DNA of 64,000 bases from Spirochaetia bacterium (GTDB taxonomy: Bacteria > Spirochaetota > Spirochaetia > CADAEX01): contig JAFZIU010000106.1 of the NCBI GenBank assembly GCA_017554185.1, forward strand, positions 4,338 through 68,337, written 5' to 3'. Each line of letters opens with the position of its first letter. Positions within the stretch are counted from its first letter, which is position 1. The notes under the pieces were generated by a model. That model did no database searches. It was not told the origin of the DNA and saw only the letters and a list, made by a program, of their open reading frames with translations. Position numbers and translations under genes: made by a program. Positions 50,265 to 59,234 of the stretch are shown here, one piece after another.

Positions 50265-51176
50265 ATGACCGGCACATCATACACAATTATAGGCGGGGAA
50301 AAACAGAACAATACCCCACATACAATACCATGGACTCTTCTGGTGCTCAACCGTGGGCGCTCTGCGCTGCAGACACAGCAGCTGGGGTTTGCCGAGATTA
50401 TCTCCATAGAAAGCTCGACCCATAGGAAAAGGGAGGCTGTTCCCAATGTCAAGACACTTATAACCGACACCTCTGTAAACCCGGGGGAGCAGATAAACAT
50501 CGGCATAAGTGCTGCCAGTTATCCATTTGTGGCTGTAATCTGGAACGATATGCAGCTCAAGACCCTGTTCTCGCCCCAGTTCATACGGGAGGTGGAGGAC
50601 AGCGGTGCTGTGTGTTCTGTTCCGATGCTCTACAGCCACCATGGCGACCTTATCCCCTCCATCCCGACCCCGGCAAGCAGCATGCGCACTGTAAAGACTA
50701 TTCCCATGACAGCAATAGTTACAGGAACTGCCGCACTTTATCCCTTCGACTATGCCGGTATTTACAACAAAAAGCTGTTCCAGCTTGCCGGGGGCTATGA
50801 TGCCGAGATGAACTCAAGCTTCTGGCAGAAGATGGACTTCGGGTTCCGCAGCTGGCTGTGGGGCGAGCGGATAGTGCTCAATGCATCGCTTAGAATCTTC
50901 TATACATGCGATTTCCAGCAGGACGACCAGACCATAGACAACTCTTACCGCCGTTTCTATCTGCGGAACCTGGCTGTAAGGGTGAAGGACAATCTTGCAT
51001 ACCTGCCTAAATCAGGTGTCTTCAGCTATATTATAAGGTCGGGCGAAGGGCCCATGGTGGCTGTGTCCGAATACAAAGAGACTGCAGAATGGATAGATCG
51101 GAACAGCACCCGGTTCATCCAGAGCGGCCGTGCACTGGTGGAGAACTGGCAGCATAGGATGGAGGAAGACAGGTAA
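50265..51176 (+). CDS. hypothetical protein (possible degenerate GT-A glycosyltransferase-like fold)
   Basis: 304 aa, no signal peptide; GYDAEMNSSFWQKMDFGFRSWLWGERIV loosely resembles GT2 C-terminal region; otherwise unrecognised. Confidence 0.3.
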   Translation: MTGTSYTIIGGEKQNNTPHTIPWTLLVLNRGRSALQTQQLGFAEIISIESSTHRKREAVPNVKTLITDTSVNPGEQINIGISAASYPFVAVIWNDMQLKTLFSPQFIREVEDSGAVCSVPMLYSHHGDLIPSIPTPASSMRTVKTIPMTAIVTGTAALYPFDYAGIYNKKLFQLAGGYDAEMNSSFWQKMDFGFRSWLWGERIVLNASLRIFYTCDFQQDDQTIDNSYRRFYLRNLAVRVKDNLAYLPKSGVFSYIIRSGEGPMVAVSEYKETAEWIDRNSTRFIQSGRALVENWQHRMEEDR

Positions 51177-51180
51177 CAGC

Positions 51181-52206
51181 ATGGGCAGAAAACTTATTTT
51201 CATCATTCTGCTTTTCCTTGCCGCCTCTGCCATATTCGGTGCCGACACCGATATCTTTGCCTTTGCCAAGACCATCTCCGGCCGGGTTATATGGGATTCC
51301 CGCACAGGATCTGGCCAGCTTTCCACATCCCGCTATGTATATAACTTTATCCCGGGCGTTCCCTGGGTGGTATCGGACAAAGGGGATAAGATAGGGCAGG
51401 ATGCCGTTTACCTCAAGAACGGGATGATCATGATTCCCGATGCCTTGGCAAAGGCTATCTCAAGCTATCAGCACGCCTCGGTCAAGAAGGACACCAGCGG
51501 CCACAGGGTGGCAGCCATATTCATAGACCCAGGCCATGGCGGCAAGGACCCGGGTGCCATTGGAACCCACAAGAAGAACGGCAGGACATTCCGGGTCATG
51601 GAGAAGAGCGCAGTCCTGGATGTAGGTAAGAAGCTGCGTGCCCAGCTTGTCTCCGCATATCCAGACAAAAAGATAATCATGAGCCGCACCGGCGACACAT
51701 ATCCGACCCTTGACGACCGTGTGAAGATGGCAAACAGAGTAAAGCTGGGACCCAACGAGACCATCCTTTTTGTTTCGATCCATGCCAATGCTTCCCTGAA
51801 GCCTCAGGCCAACGGCTTTGAGGTGTGGTATCTGCCCCAGGCCTACCGCCGTACAGTTGTAGATTCACAGTCCATAGACTCCACCAACAAGAACCTCCTT
51901 TCGGCAGTGAACACTATCACCGAGGAGGAGCTTTCCATGGAGAGCGAGCTTCTGGCTAAGTCGGTCATGAGCGGTATGAATGATAAGATAGGAAAAGATA
52001 TACCATGCCGCGGAATCAAGCAGGAATCCTGGTTCGTGGTGCGCAACGCCAAGATGCCTTCTATCCTTATAGAGATAGGGTTTGTCACAAATCCTAAGGA
52101 AGGGGAGCTGCTCTCCAGTTCCAGCTACTTGCAAAAAATCTCCGATGGAATCTATAATGGTATAAAAGACTTTGTCTATACTTTTGAGCATTCGGGGAAA
52201 AAATGA
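51181..52206 (+). CDS. N-acetylmuramoyl-L-alanine amidase (Amidase_3, AmiC-like)
   Basis: Start at ATG 51181 (signal peptide MGRKLIFIILLFLAASAIFGA); zinc-ligand motifs IFIDPGHGGKDPGA and VSIHANA, ...GFVTN. Confidence 0.8.
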   Translation: MGRKLIFIILLFLAASAIFGADTDIFAFAKTISGRVIWDSRTGSGQLSTSRYVYNFIPGVPWVVSDKGDKIGQDAVYLKNGMIMIPDALAKAISSYQHASVKKDTSGHRVAAIFIDPGHGGKDPGAIGTHKKNGRTFRVMEKSAVLDVGKKLRAQLVSAYPDKKIIMSRTGDTYPTLDDRVKMANRVKLGPNETILFVSIHANASLKPQANGFEVWYLPQAYRRTVVDSQSIDSTNKNLLSAVNTITEEELSMESELLAKSVMSGMNDKIGKDIPCRGIKQESWFVVRNAKMPSILIEIGFVTNPKEGELLSSSSYLQKISDGIYNGIKDFVYTFEHSGKK

Positions 52207-52649
52207 AAAGAGTGTTCCAGATTACAGTTTCAGTGGCTCTAATCGCTCTGGTAGTATTTGCTGTCTGTTACTACAGGCACCAGAATGTCTATACCGAGCG
52301 CACCCTTTTCTTCGTGGAGCCAGTATCCAAGGCGGTGGTCATGGAGCATCGGCTGATTGCCGAGAAGCATGACCTTGAGCTGAATGTGGAGCTCCTTATA
52401 AAGGACGAGCTCCTGGGCCCCTCTCTTCTGGTGCGGGACAGCGTGTTCCCCAAGAGGACCAGGCTTAACCATGTTCTGCTCCGGGACAATATTCTATATG
52501 CCGACCTGAGTATCGAGGCTATGTTCCCGTCGGCCCACAGCGGCCTTAACTTCAAGGACAGCATCCAGATCCTGGAAAAGACAATCTCCTTCAACTTCCC
52601 AAAAATAGAAAACATAGTGGTCACTATTGACGGAAGCATTCCTAATTGA
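52203..52649 (+). CDS. GerMN-domain protein (amidase-associated)
   Basis: 148 aa, N-terminal TM/signal; GerMN-like beta-rich domain; 4-nt overlap with amidase gene. Confidence 0.45.
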   Translation: MKRVFQITVSVALIALVVFAVCYYRHQNVYTERTLFFVEPVSKAVVMEHRLIAEKHDLELNVELLIKDELLGPSLLVRDSVFPKRTRLNHVLLRDNILYADLSIEAMFPSAHSGLNFKDSIQILEKTISFNFPKIENIVVTIDGSIPN

Positions 52650-52695
52650 TGTATTGACATTTTTTCGGCAGTGTTATATAAACTTCTAATGTCAA

Positions 52696-52768
52696 GCCGC
52701 TGTAGCTCAGTTGGTAGAGCAATAGACTGAAAATCTATGTGTCATCAGTTCGATTCTGATCGGTGGCA
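52696..52768 (+). tRNA. tRNA-Phe (anticodon GAA)
   Basis: GCCGCTGTAGCTCAGTTGGTAGAGCAATAGACTGAAAATCTATGTGTCATCAGTTCGATTCTGATCGGTGGCA: cloverleaf with D-loop AGCTCAGTTGGTAGAGC, anticodon loop CTGAAAA, T-loop GTTCGATTC; upstream TTGACA-17-TATAAA promoter at 52655-52683. Confidence 0.9.
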
Positions 52769-52773
52769 GGTAA

Positions 52774-52803
52774 AACTGGATCTCTAAGGTCCAGTTTTTT
52801 TTT
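52774..52803 (+). terminator. rho-independent terminator after tRNA-Phe
   Basis: AACTGGA-tctctaagg-TCCAGTT then T9. Confidence 0.8.
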
Positions 52804-52838
52804 GCTTGATTATACTCTAATAAATAGATATACTTTTA

Positions 52839-53459
52839 TTGATGAAAAACTTGAACAAGAAATTAATTCTTCTGCTTGCATTGCTTGTTTTAATATCCGG
52901 CTCCCTCTTTGCCGCATCTGATGATGACGATGAAGACACCTATGTAGAAAGCTTCAGCCTGGGCGACCAGATGTTCTTTATAAATGGAGGAGTCTTTATT
53001 CCTCTGTTCTTCTTTGACAGGAGTTTAGATGTCATGGAAACCAACCTGACCTTGGGAGGAACCGGTTCTCTCTGCTGGCAGGTATTCCTGACCAATCATC
53101 TCTCGCTTGGCGGCGAGCTTGGAGGTATGTTTGCCTTAAGCCCCAACAGGCGTGTTCTTTATATGATACCCCTTACAGTCAAGGCAACCTACTGGTTCAG
53201 ATTCTATCCCTTTGAGATACCAATATCCCTGGGGCTGGGCGGTAACCTCTCTATCCTTGAGGAAGCGGCTCATATCGATTTCATAGCCAAGCCTGCTGTA
53301 GGCTTCTATTGGAACTTCAACGAGGAGTGGGCTTTCGGAGCAAATGTCACCTATTGGTTTGTACCACAGATATATTCTGGAAGCGGAAAAGTTCAAAGCA
53401 GCCACAGCATGTTCGGAAACTTCATGGATGTGTCTTTATCTGTGCTGTTCAGGTTCTAG
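52839..53459 (+). CDS. small outer-membrane beta-barrel protein (OmpW/OmpA-barrel-like)
   Basis: Signal peptide MMKNLNKKLILLLALLVLISGSLFA, acidic DDDDED stretch, alternating beta-strands, C-terminal ...LFRF. Confidence 0.5.
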   Translation: MMKNLNKKLILLLALLVLISGSLFAASDDDDEDTYVESFSLGDQMFFINGGVFIPLFFFDRSLDVMETNLTLGGTGSLCWQVFLTNHLSLGGELGGMFALSPNRRVLYMIPLTVKATYWFRFYPFEIPISLGLGGNLSILEEAAHIDFIAKPAVGFYWNFNEEWAFGANVTYWFVPQIYSGSGKVQSSHSMFGNFMDVSLSVLFRF

Positions 53460-53468
53460 GAGGCAGGT

Positions 53469-54644
53469 ATGGGTAAAAAGATTCTTTCTATAGCTCTGAT
53501 TTTTATCTCAATATATCTGCTTATATCCTGCAACGAGAGCGAGATCGGCGTCTTCTACGGCTTGAGCAAAGAGGAGAAGGTAAAGAACTATGCTCTGCCT
53601 GACCACTGTACATCCGAGAGCATGATCAAGACAGGTGGCTATCTCTATGTGGCGGCAAGCTCAATTTATAAAAAACAGGCCGAAGGCGGCGAGCTGGACT
53701 GGCACAAGATAAAATCTCCTTCAGGATATCACAACGTTACAGAGATGGGGTTGGCCAACGATACAATCTTTATCTTGGCCTACGATTCCGATGATGCAAA
53801 GCCATATCTTTTCAGCGGTACAGGCGACGGCACATGGGAAAAGAAAGATACCTCGGCAATAGAAAAAACCATTTCCCGCATGAGGGTGGCCAATAACACT
53901 ATCTTTATCACCGACAGGGAAGGACACCTGTATTATTCAAATGATGATGGAGCTTCTTTTACACAGGATACTTCTCTTACCGATTCCAAGCTGTTCTCTA
54001 CTTCCACCGGAAACTTCGACATGGTTTATGGTGGCGGCAGTTATTACCTGAATGCCCAGTACAAGCTGTACAGGGGTAATCCAGGCGGCTGGACAGAGTT
54101 CACACCAACCCATGATGGAAAGATCTGGAAGGATAAAGAGGATGTATTTACACGCCTTTATTATGATGAGGATGATGACCGGCTCTACACAGCAGACAAT
54201 GCAGGTTATATATATGCAGTAGATTCACCATCCGGTGCCTCCGGCACATCCTGGGTCAAGAGCGACCACCACGCAAGGAGCGGCATGGGGCTCCAAGGCC
54301 TTATAGTCCTGCGTATTCCTACTTCCAATGGCTCGACCCGCACATTGCTTGTGGCAGGCTCTGGAATCAACGCCGGCCATGGCTATTACATAGTGGACAA
54401 TCCGCGGACATCGGAGAGGAAATACCTTGATCCAGAACCACCTAGGAACAGAGATTATACTACTATAATAAGCGATTATTACGATTACAACGCTTTCAAT
54501 ATTTCCAAGGCGGCTATAAACTCATTCTTTATAGATGAGTATGCCGACGGCACCAGCTTTGACTTCTATGCTCTTACCTATGGCTACGGTGTATGGAAGA
54601 ATACCAACAAAGGCGGCTACGAGAGGGCCTGGAACCAGGAATAA
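53469..54644 (+). CDS. lipoprotein with BNR/Asp-box repeats (beta-propeller-like)
   Basis: Lipobox LLISC; Asp-box-like repeats SGTGDGTWEK, SNDDGASFTQ. Confidence 0.5.
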   Translation: MGKKILSIALIFISIYLLISCNESEIGVFYGLSKEEKVKNYALPDHCTSESMIKTGGYLYVAASSIYKKQAEGGELDWHKIKSPSGYHNVTEMGLANDTIFILAYDSDDAKPYLFSGTGDGTWEKKDTSAIEKTISRMRVANNTIFITDREGHLYYSNDDGASFTQDTSLTDSKLFSTSTGNFDMVYGGGSYYLNAQYKLYRGNPGGWTEFTPTHDGKIWKDKEDVFTRLYYDEDDDRLYTADNAGYIYAVDSPSGASGTSWVKSDHHARSGMGLQGLIVLRIPTSNGSTRTLLVAGSGINAGHGYYIVDNPRTSERKYLDPEPPRNRDYTTIISDYYDYNAFNISKAAINSFFIDEYADGTSFDFYALTYGYGVWKNTNKGGYERAWNQE

Positions 54645-54657
54645 TCTAGGAGAGTAA

Positions 54658-56286
54658 ATGAAAAAGATTCCAGTTCTGACACTTAAGATTGTAACTCTTA
54701 TAGCAGTAGCCAGCTTATTACTGAGCACGGCTCTGTTCTTTATCGGTTATACCCAGTTTGAGCGGCAGTTTGACCGGCAGTACAAGTCCCATATTCTCTC
54801 TATAGCCCATACTGCAAGGGAATTTTTAAATGCCGACTTGTTCGAGGAATATCTTAAGACCAACAAACCCGACGGCTCCTGGTATGCAGTCCATGATGTA
54901 CTGCAGAAGATGGTAAACAAGTTCAATCTGGACCTGATGTATGTCTCCTGTGTAGAGCCCCCGGAATTCACCAAGATTCATTATATTTATAACCCAGTAC
55001 GTCCCGCTGGCCGGTTTAAAGAATACCCTATGGGATACACCGAGAATTATGTGCAGAAAAAATATAACGAGTCGGCTCACCGTATTTTTGAGAAAGGGGA
55101 GGAGCTGGTACGTCATACCCCGGATTCAAAAAGCGGTCCCCATATAACAGCCAATATTCCGGTGCGCAACAGTATGGGGGCTGTAGTGGCCATGCTGGGT
55201 GTCAGGTTGCCTACCCAAGAATTTGTGGATGTCCAGAAAACTTATATCTACTGGACACTTTTGACCCAAGGTATTCTTCTGCTTATCTACATCATTTTCT
55301 TTGTATACTATTATCGTAAGCAGTTTATAAACCCGATGCTGGCTATAACCAAGGAGGCCCAGCGGTTTGCCTCCGACTCAAGCAGGATAACTGATATAAC
55401 TAAGACAGTTAAGAACAGGGACGAGATAGGTACCCTTGCCCAGTCTGTTAATAAAATGGAAAAGGATATCCAGGATTATATTACAAACCTTACCAAAGTC
55501 ACCTCCGAAAAGGAGCGGATGAACACAGAACTTAACATTGCCACCGGAATACAGGCGGGGCTTCTGCGAAAGGATTTCATAGAGGAGAATACTGTCTCGA
55601 TCAGGGCCAGCATGACCCCTGCCAAGGAGGTAGGCGGCGACTTTTATGACTTTTCTATGCTGGACGACCACCACGCTCTGGCCATTGTGGCCGATGTATC
55701 GGGCAAAGGGGTGCCAGCCGCCCTGTTCATGGCCATGGGCACCACACTGCTCCGGGATCACATAGCCCTTATGCTCCGCAGCAGCACATCTCTGGTAAGC
55801 GAAGTTGGGCTGGTGAACAACATACTTTGCCGTAACAACGAAGGCGGGCTTTTTATAACAGCGTGGATAGGAATTCTGAATACCCAGACAGGGCGGCTGG
55901 CCTACATTGATGCAGGCCACAACCCACCTATGATCAAGCTTGGGGCCGGCGATTTCGCATTCATTCCAAGGGCAAAGAAAGGGCTTCCGCTGGCATCTAT
56001 GGAGGACTTCCCCTATAAACTCAATGAGATTTTCCTCAAGCCGGGAGACAGGCTCTTCCTATACACAGATGGTGTAACCGAGGCTCAGAACAAAGAGCAG
56101 AAACTGTTTGGCGAAGATCAGCTGCTTCAGTATGCCGTATCACATCAGGCCGAGACCCAGGCTCAGTTCATGGAGAATCTTATTAAAGCCCTGGCCGATT
56201 TCCAGAGCGGCTGCGACCAGTTCGACGACATAACTATGTTGATGATGGACTACAAGGCAGAAGCCGGCTGTTCCGAAGATAAATAA
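54658..56286 (+). CDS. membrane sensor PP2C-type serine phosphatase (periplasmic domain-HAMP-SpoIIE/PP2C)
   Basis: N-terminal TM, ~160 aa extracytoplasmic domain, second TM, HAMP (MLAITKEAQRFASD...), C-terminal PP2C/SpoIIE domain (GGDFYDF...DVSGKG...YTDGVTEA). Confidence 0.8.
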   Translation: MKKIPVLTLKIVTLIAVASLLLSTALFFIGYTQFERQFDRQYKSHILSIAHTAREFLNADLFEEYLKTNKPDGSWYAVHDVLQKMVNKFNLDLMYVSCVEPPEFTKIHYIYNPVRPAGRFKEYPMGYTENYVQKKYNESAHRIFEKGEELVRHTPDSKSGPHITANIPVRNSMGAVVAMLGVRLPTQEFVDVQKTYIYWTLLTQGILLLIYIIFFVYYYRKQFINPMLAITKEAQRFASDSSRITDITKTVKNRDEIGTLAQSVNKMEKDIQDYITNLTKVTSEKERMNTELNIATGIQAGLLRKDFIEENTVSIRASMTPAKEVGGDFYDFSMLDDHHALAIVADVSGKGVPAALFMAMGTTLLRDHIALMLRSSTSLVSEVGLVNNILCRNNEGGLFITAWIGILNTQTGRLAYIDAGHNPPMIKLGAGDFAFIPRAKKGLPLASMEDFPYKLNEIFLKPGDRLFLYTDGVTEAQNKEQKLFGEDQLLQYAVSHQAETQAQFMENLIKALADFQSGCDQFDDITMLMMDYKAEAGCSEDK

Positions 56287-57430
56287 ACAGATACATCAGC
56301 AGGATAGGGTAGAATGCGCTGCAGCACCCCTGTACTCCAAGAGCCAGCAGGACTATGGCGGCAGCACACAGCATAGCCTGAATGCGGGAGAACCACATCA
56401 GAAGCTGCTTCTTGCCAAATATCTTGGACACAATGAATATGATCAGCAGAGGATTGCACCACAGTATGTTCAGGTTTTTGTCCCCCGCATAATGGTCAGA
56501 GATAAACCACCAGTAGCAGATCATCATCCCGACCACCCAAGGGGCGGCCACAAGTATGCATTCAAACACATCCAAAAGCTTTTCATTGCCTGGCAGCAGC
56601 GAAAGCAGAATAAGGAACAACAGCCCTATGGCAAATACCATGAACGGCTGGGTAAAAACCCCTGGGCGCCCTGGGTGCTCCACATGGGCGTTATGTATCA
56701 TCTGGACTTTATCCACCAGCTTACGGCCGTCGGGAAGGTAGGCACTGTCGAACAACCGTTCTGTCAGTTCCGGAAGGAAAAAGGCATGCTCCGGCTTGAC
56801 CTTCTCGTCGGTGTTAAGTCCCAGCGCTATCTGTATCCCCAGGTCGTACCACGGCACTGTATCTAAATAATCCCTTATCCAGTCACGGTAAGTCCGGCTG
56901 GTTATCTCTTTCCATATATGCTCATCATACTTCAGCGGTCCCACACATTTCTCAAGCACAGCCACCATCTGCGAAGAACAGTTGGCCGCAAGGAAGTCGT
57001 ATTTGTAGTATTTGTTCTCTTCCTTGGAATTCCATTCCAAGAATTCGTATATTTTGTCTATTTCCGCCTGGTTCAGGTTCAGCCGCTGCCGGGACACATA
57101 CCGTTTATGATTAACATATTTTTGTAATTCTTTGGAATAATCTACCCTGAACAGGAAAAAGTCCAGCTTGCCTTTAAGGAAATTACGCACAAAGCCGGGC
57201 TTCTCAAAGTTGAATGTACCATAGTTGTATAAGGTGAACATAGGGTCGTTATTTGAATCCTCCGGGTTGTTCCGCAGGATCAAAAAACAGCTGTGGCCAT
57301 AGTGGGCATATATTTTCATTCCCGGACCTACTGTTATTATGTTCACTTCCTCTTTATATCTAGCAAAGATGGGATAGTCACAGATAGAGACAATAATAGA
57401 GATAATAATTAAAGCTAAGAGCTTTCTCAT
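56234..57430 (-). CDS. membrane protein of unknown function (N-terminal extracytoplasmic domain + C-terminal polytopic region)
   Basis: Start preferred at ATG 57430 (MRKLLALIIISIIVSI...) rather than TTG 57487 which would sit inside the divergent promoter; 5 C-terminal TM helices; 53-nt convergent overlap with PP2C gene. Confidence 0.4.
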   Translation of the reverse strand: MRKLLALIIISIIVSICDYPIFARYKEEVNIITVGPGMKIYAHYGHSCFLILRNNPEDSNNDPMFTLYNYGTFNFEKPGFVRNFLKGKLDFFLFRVDYSKELQKYVNHKRYVSRQRLNLNQAEIDKIYEFLEWNSKEENKYYKYDFLAANCSSQMVAVLEKCVGPLKYDEHIWKEITSRTYRDWIRDYLDTVPWYDLGIQIALGLNTDEKVKPEHAFFLPELTERLFDSAYLPDGRKLVDKVQMIHNAHVEHPGRPGVFTQPFMVFAIGLLFLILLSLLPGNEKLLDVFECILVAAPWVVGMMICYWWFISDHYAGDKNLNILWCNPLLIIFIVSKIFGKKQLLMWFSRIQAMLCAAAIVLLALGVQGCCSAFYPILLMYLFIYLRNSRLLPCSPSST

Positions 57431-57480
57431 CAGTTTTATACTAAGGCAGGTCAGGCCATTCTGCAAGTGCTTAATTATTC

Positions 57481-57509
57481 TTGACAATTTGGTTGGGGGG
57501 GGGTAGACT
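57481..57509 (+). promoter_or_regulatory. sigma70-like promoter with G9 homopolymer in 17-bp spacer (candidate phase-variable)
   Basis: TTGACA (57481-86), 17-nt spacer atttggttGGGGGGGGG (G-run 57495-57503), -10 TAGACT (57504-09), then GGGAGGAG RBS and ATG 57529. Confidence 0.6.
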
Positions 57510-57528
57510 GTAAAAAATGGGAGGAGAT

Positions 57529-57912
57529 ATGAAATCTAATAAAGCTCTTAGATTTATAGTACTGCTTATAGCAGTTATGGCATTCTTTATGGTATATGCT
57601 TCCACTGGAGATTCATCTGGTACATCAAAGGAAAAAACAGGTGTAGACACTAGCTTTAAGGGAACATATGTGTATACTTTCCAGGGCAACAACAAAGACA
57701 TTTTTGAATTTTATGAAAACGGAAATATGAAGGTTTATGAAAAAATGGGGGATAATCCTAAAGAATGGCAAGAAGATGGCAAGTATACTCTTTCTGCTGA
57801 TGGCAAAAAAATCATTTGTGATGGTGAAGTGCACGGAATCTCTTATTTTATGCTCAGCGATGACAAATCATATATGACTGCTAGTAACGGATGGCTTTTG
57901 TATAAAGAGTAA
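57529..57912 (+). CDS. small secreted protein of unknown function
   Basis: 127 aa; signal peptide MKSNKALRFIVLLIAVMAFFMVYAS; GGGAGGAG RBS. Confidence 0.5.
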   Translation: MKSNKALRFIVLLIAVMAFFMVYASTGDSSGTSKEKTGVDTSFKGTYVYTFQGNNKDIFEFYENGNMKVYEKMGDNPKEWQEDGKYTLSADGKKIICDGEVHGISYFMLSDDKSYMTASNGWLLYKE

Positions 57913-57932
57913 ATTTGAGTTAAATAATTCAA

Positions 57933-57959
57933 GGGCTGCACTCAAGTGCAGCCTTTTTC
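57933..57959 (+). terminator. rho-independent terminator
   Basis: GGCTGCAC-tcaa-GTGCAGCC then T5. Confidence 0.75.
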
Positions 57960-58033
57960 ATTACCTTGACAATTGCATATATTGGCTTTAATATTTTAAT
58001 GTATAAAAATATAGTTATTTCTGGGAGAGAACC

Positions 58034-58843
58034 ATGAAAAAGTTGTTTTTAACCGTTGCAATAGTGCTCATGACAACAGTTGCTTTTGCCGATGACGCTG
58101 AGGCCAAGAAGCTTCTGGATGCCTATAAAATGGTTGAGGTTGAGGCCGAGAACTATACATTTGCAGTAGGTGTCACCGAAGTGACCCAGCAGCTCTACGA
58201 GGCAGTCTTCGAGGAGAATATCTTCAAGTTCAAGTTCAAGCTGCTGCCGGCAGAAAGCATGAGCTTCTACGATGCCATCTATTTCTGTAATTATCTGAGC
58301 AAGTTAGCCGGTTATGATCCTGTATATGCAATTGATGAAGAGTTTGACATTGACAACTGGGATTATGCTCCGCACACAGGACAGAAGATAGAATTGGGTC
58401 ATTTAACATGGGACCAGACAAAGAACGGATACAGGCTTCCGATGATTGCAGAATGGAAGTATTGCGCTGACGGGGATGAGGAATACCTTTACAGCGGAAG
58501 CGACAAGCTGGACACTGTTGGCTGGTACGAAAAGAACAGCGATTTCAAGACCCACAATGTGGGAAAGAAGAAACCGAACGGCTTCGGCCTTTACGATATG
58601 AGCGGCAATGTATGGGAATGGTGCTGGGACCAGAATCCTAAGTTCACCCACGATGTCCGCTATTACTGCGGCGGCTCATACAAGACCACCGAGAAACAGT
58701 GTGCAACCAAGGTCACATCCTCCGGCAAGCCCGAGAAAGGTTCTGTCAATGTAGGAATCCGCCTGTTCCGCTCAACTGTTCCTCCAGAGCCTGAAAAGCC
58801 TGTGGAAAAGCCAAAGCAGAAGCCAAAGATGACTGTCAACTGA
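58034..58843 (+). CDS. secreted FGE-sulfatase (formylglycine-generating enzyme-like) domain protein
   Basis: Signal peptide MKKLFLTVAIVLMTTVAFA; FGE-like motifs GYRLPMIAEWKYCA and GNVWEWCWD; Pro/Lys-rich C-terminus; upstream TTGACA-17-TAATAT promoter (57965-57993). Confidence 0.6.
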   Translation: MKKLFLTVAIVLMTTVAFADDAEAKKLLDAYKMVEVEAENYTFAVGVTEVTQQLYEAVFEENIFKFKFKLLPAESMSFYDAIYFCNYLSKLAGYDPVYAIDEEFDIDNWDYAPHTGQKIELGHLTWDQTKNGYRLPMIAEWKYCADGDEEYLYSGSDKLDTVGWYEKNSDFKTHNVGKKKPNGFGLYDMSGNVWEWCWDQNPKFTHDVRYYCGGSYKTTEKQCATKVTSSGKPEKGSVNVGIRLFRSTVPPEPEKPVEKPKQKPKMTVN

Positions 58844-58844
58844 T

Positions 58845-59234
58845 ATGAAGAGATTTGCACTGCTGTTTATAGTTGCCATTGCTCTTTGCATATTATTCGG
58901 ATGTGACGGCTCATCAGATGGAAGCAGTTTGAAAGTAGGTGCTTTTGAAGGTGGTTATTATCACACCACCAGCAGCGACGGTTTCAGACTCGATTTTAAA
59001 GATGGTAAGTGCGCAATTTATTATTCACCTGACTTGACTACCGAGCGTTGTATAGGAGAAAGTCCTTTCTCTGAGTCTACCGACCCAAATGGAAGAAAAA
59101 TGCTTACCCTTGATAATAGTATTGAAGGTCAAAGTTATTTTATTGTTATCAACGATGGTAATAATCTGAAGAATAATAAGGACTGGGAATATACCAAGTT
59201 CCCATCTGAAGGCTTTAATTGGCTTAATCCCTAA
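58845..59234 (+). CDS. small lipoprotein, unknown function
   Basis: Lipobox ILFGCDGSSDGS; 129 aa. Confidence 0.45.
   Translation: MKRFALLFIVAIALCILFGCDGSSDGSSLKVGAFEGGYYHTTSSDGFRLDFKDGKCAIYYSPDLTTERCIGESPFSESTDPNGRKMLTLDNSIEGQSYFIVINDGNNLKNNKDWEYTKFPSEGFNWLNP

Noticed and set aside
56234-56462. Small ORFs 56250-56462 and 56492-56866 inside or antisense to the membrane-protein gene
   Set aside because: Embedded in a longer ORF with coherent TM-helix structure; no RBS or promoter support.
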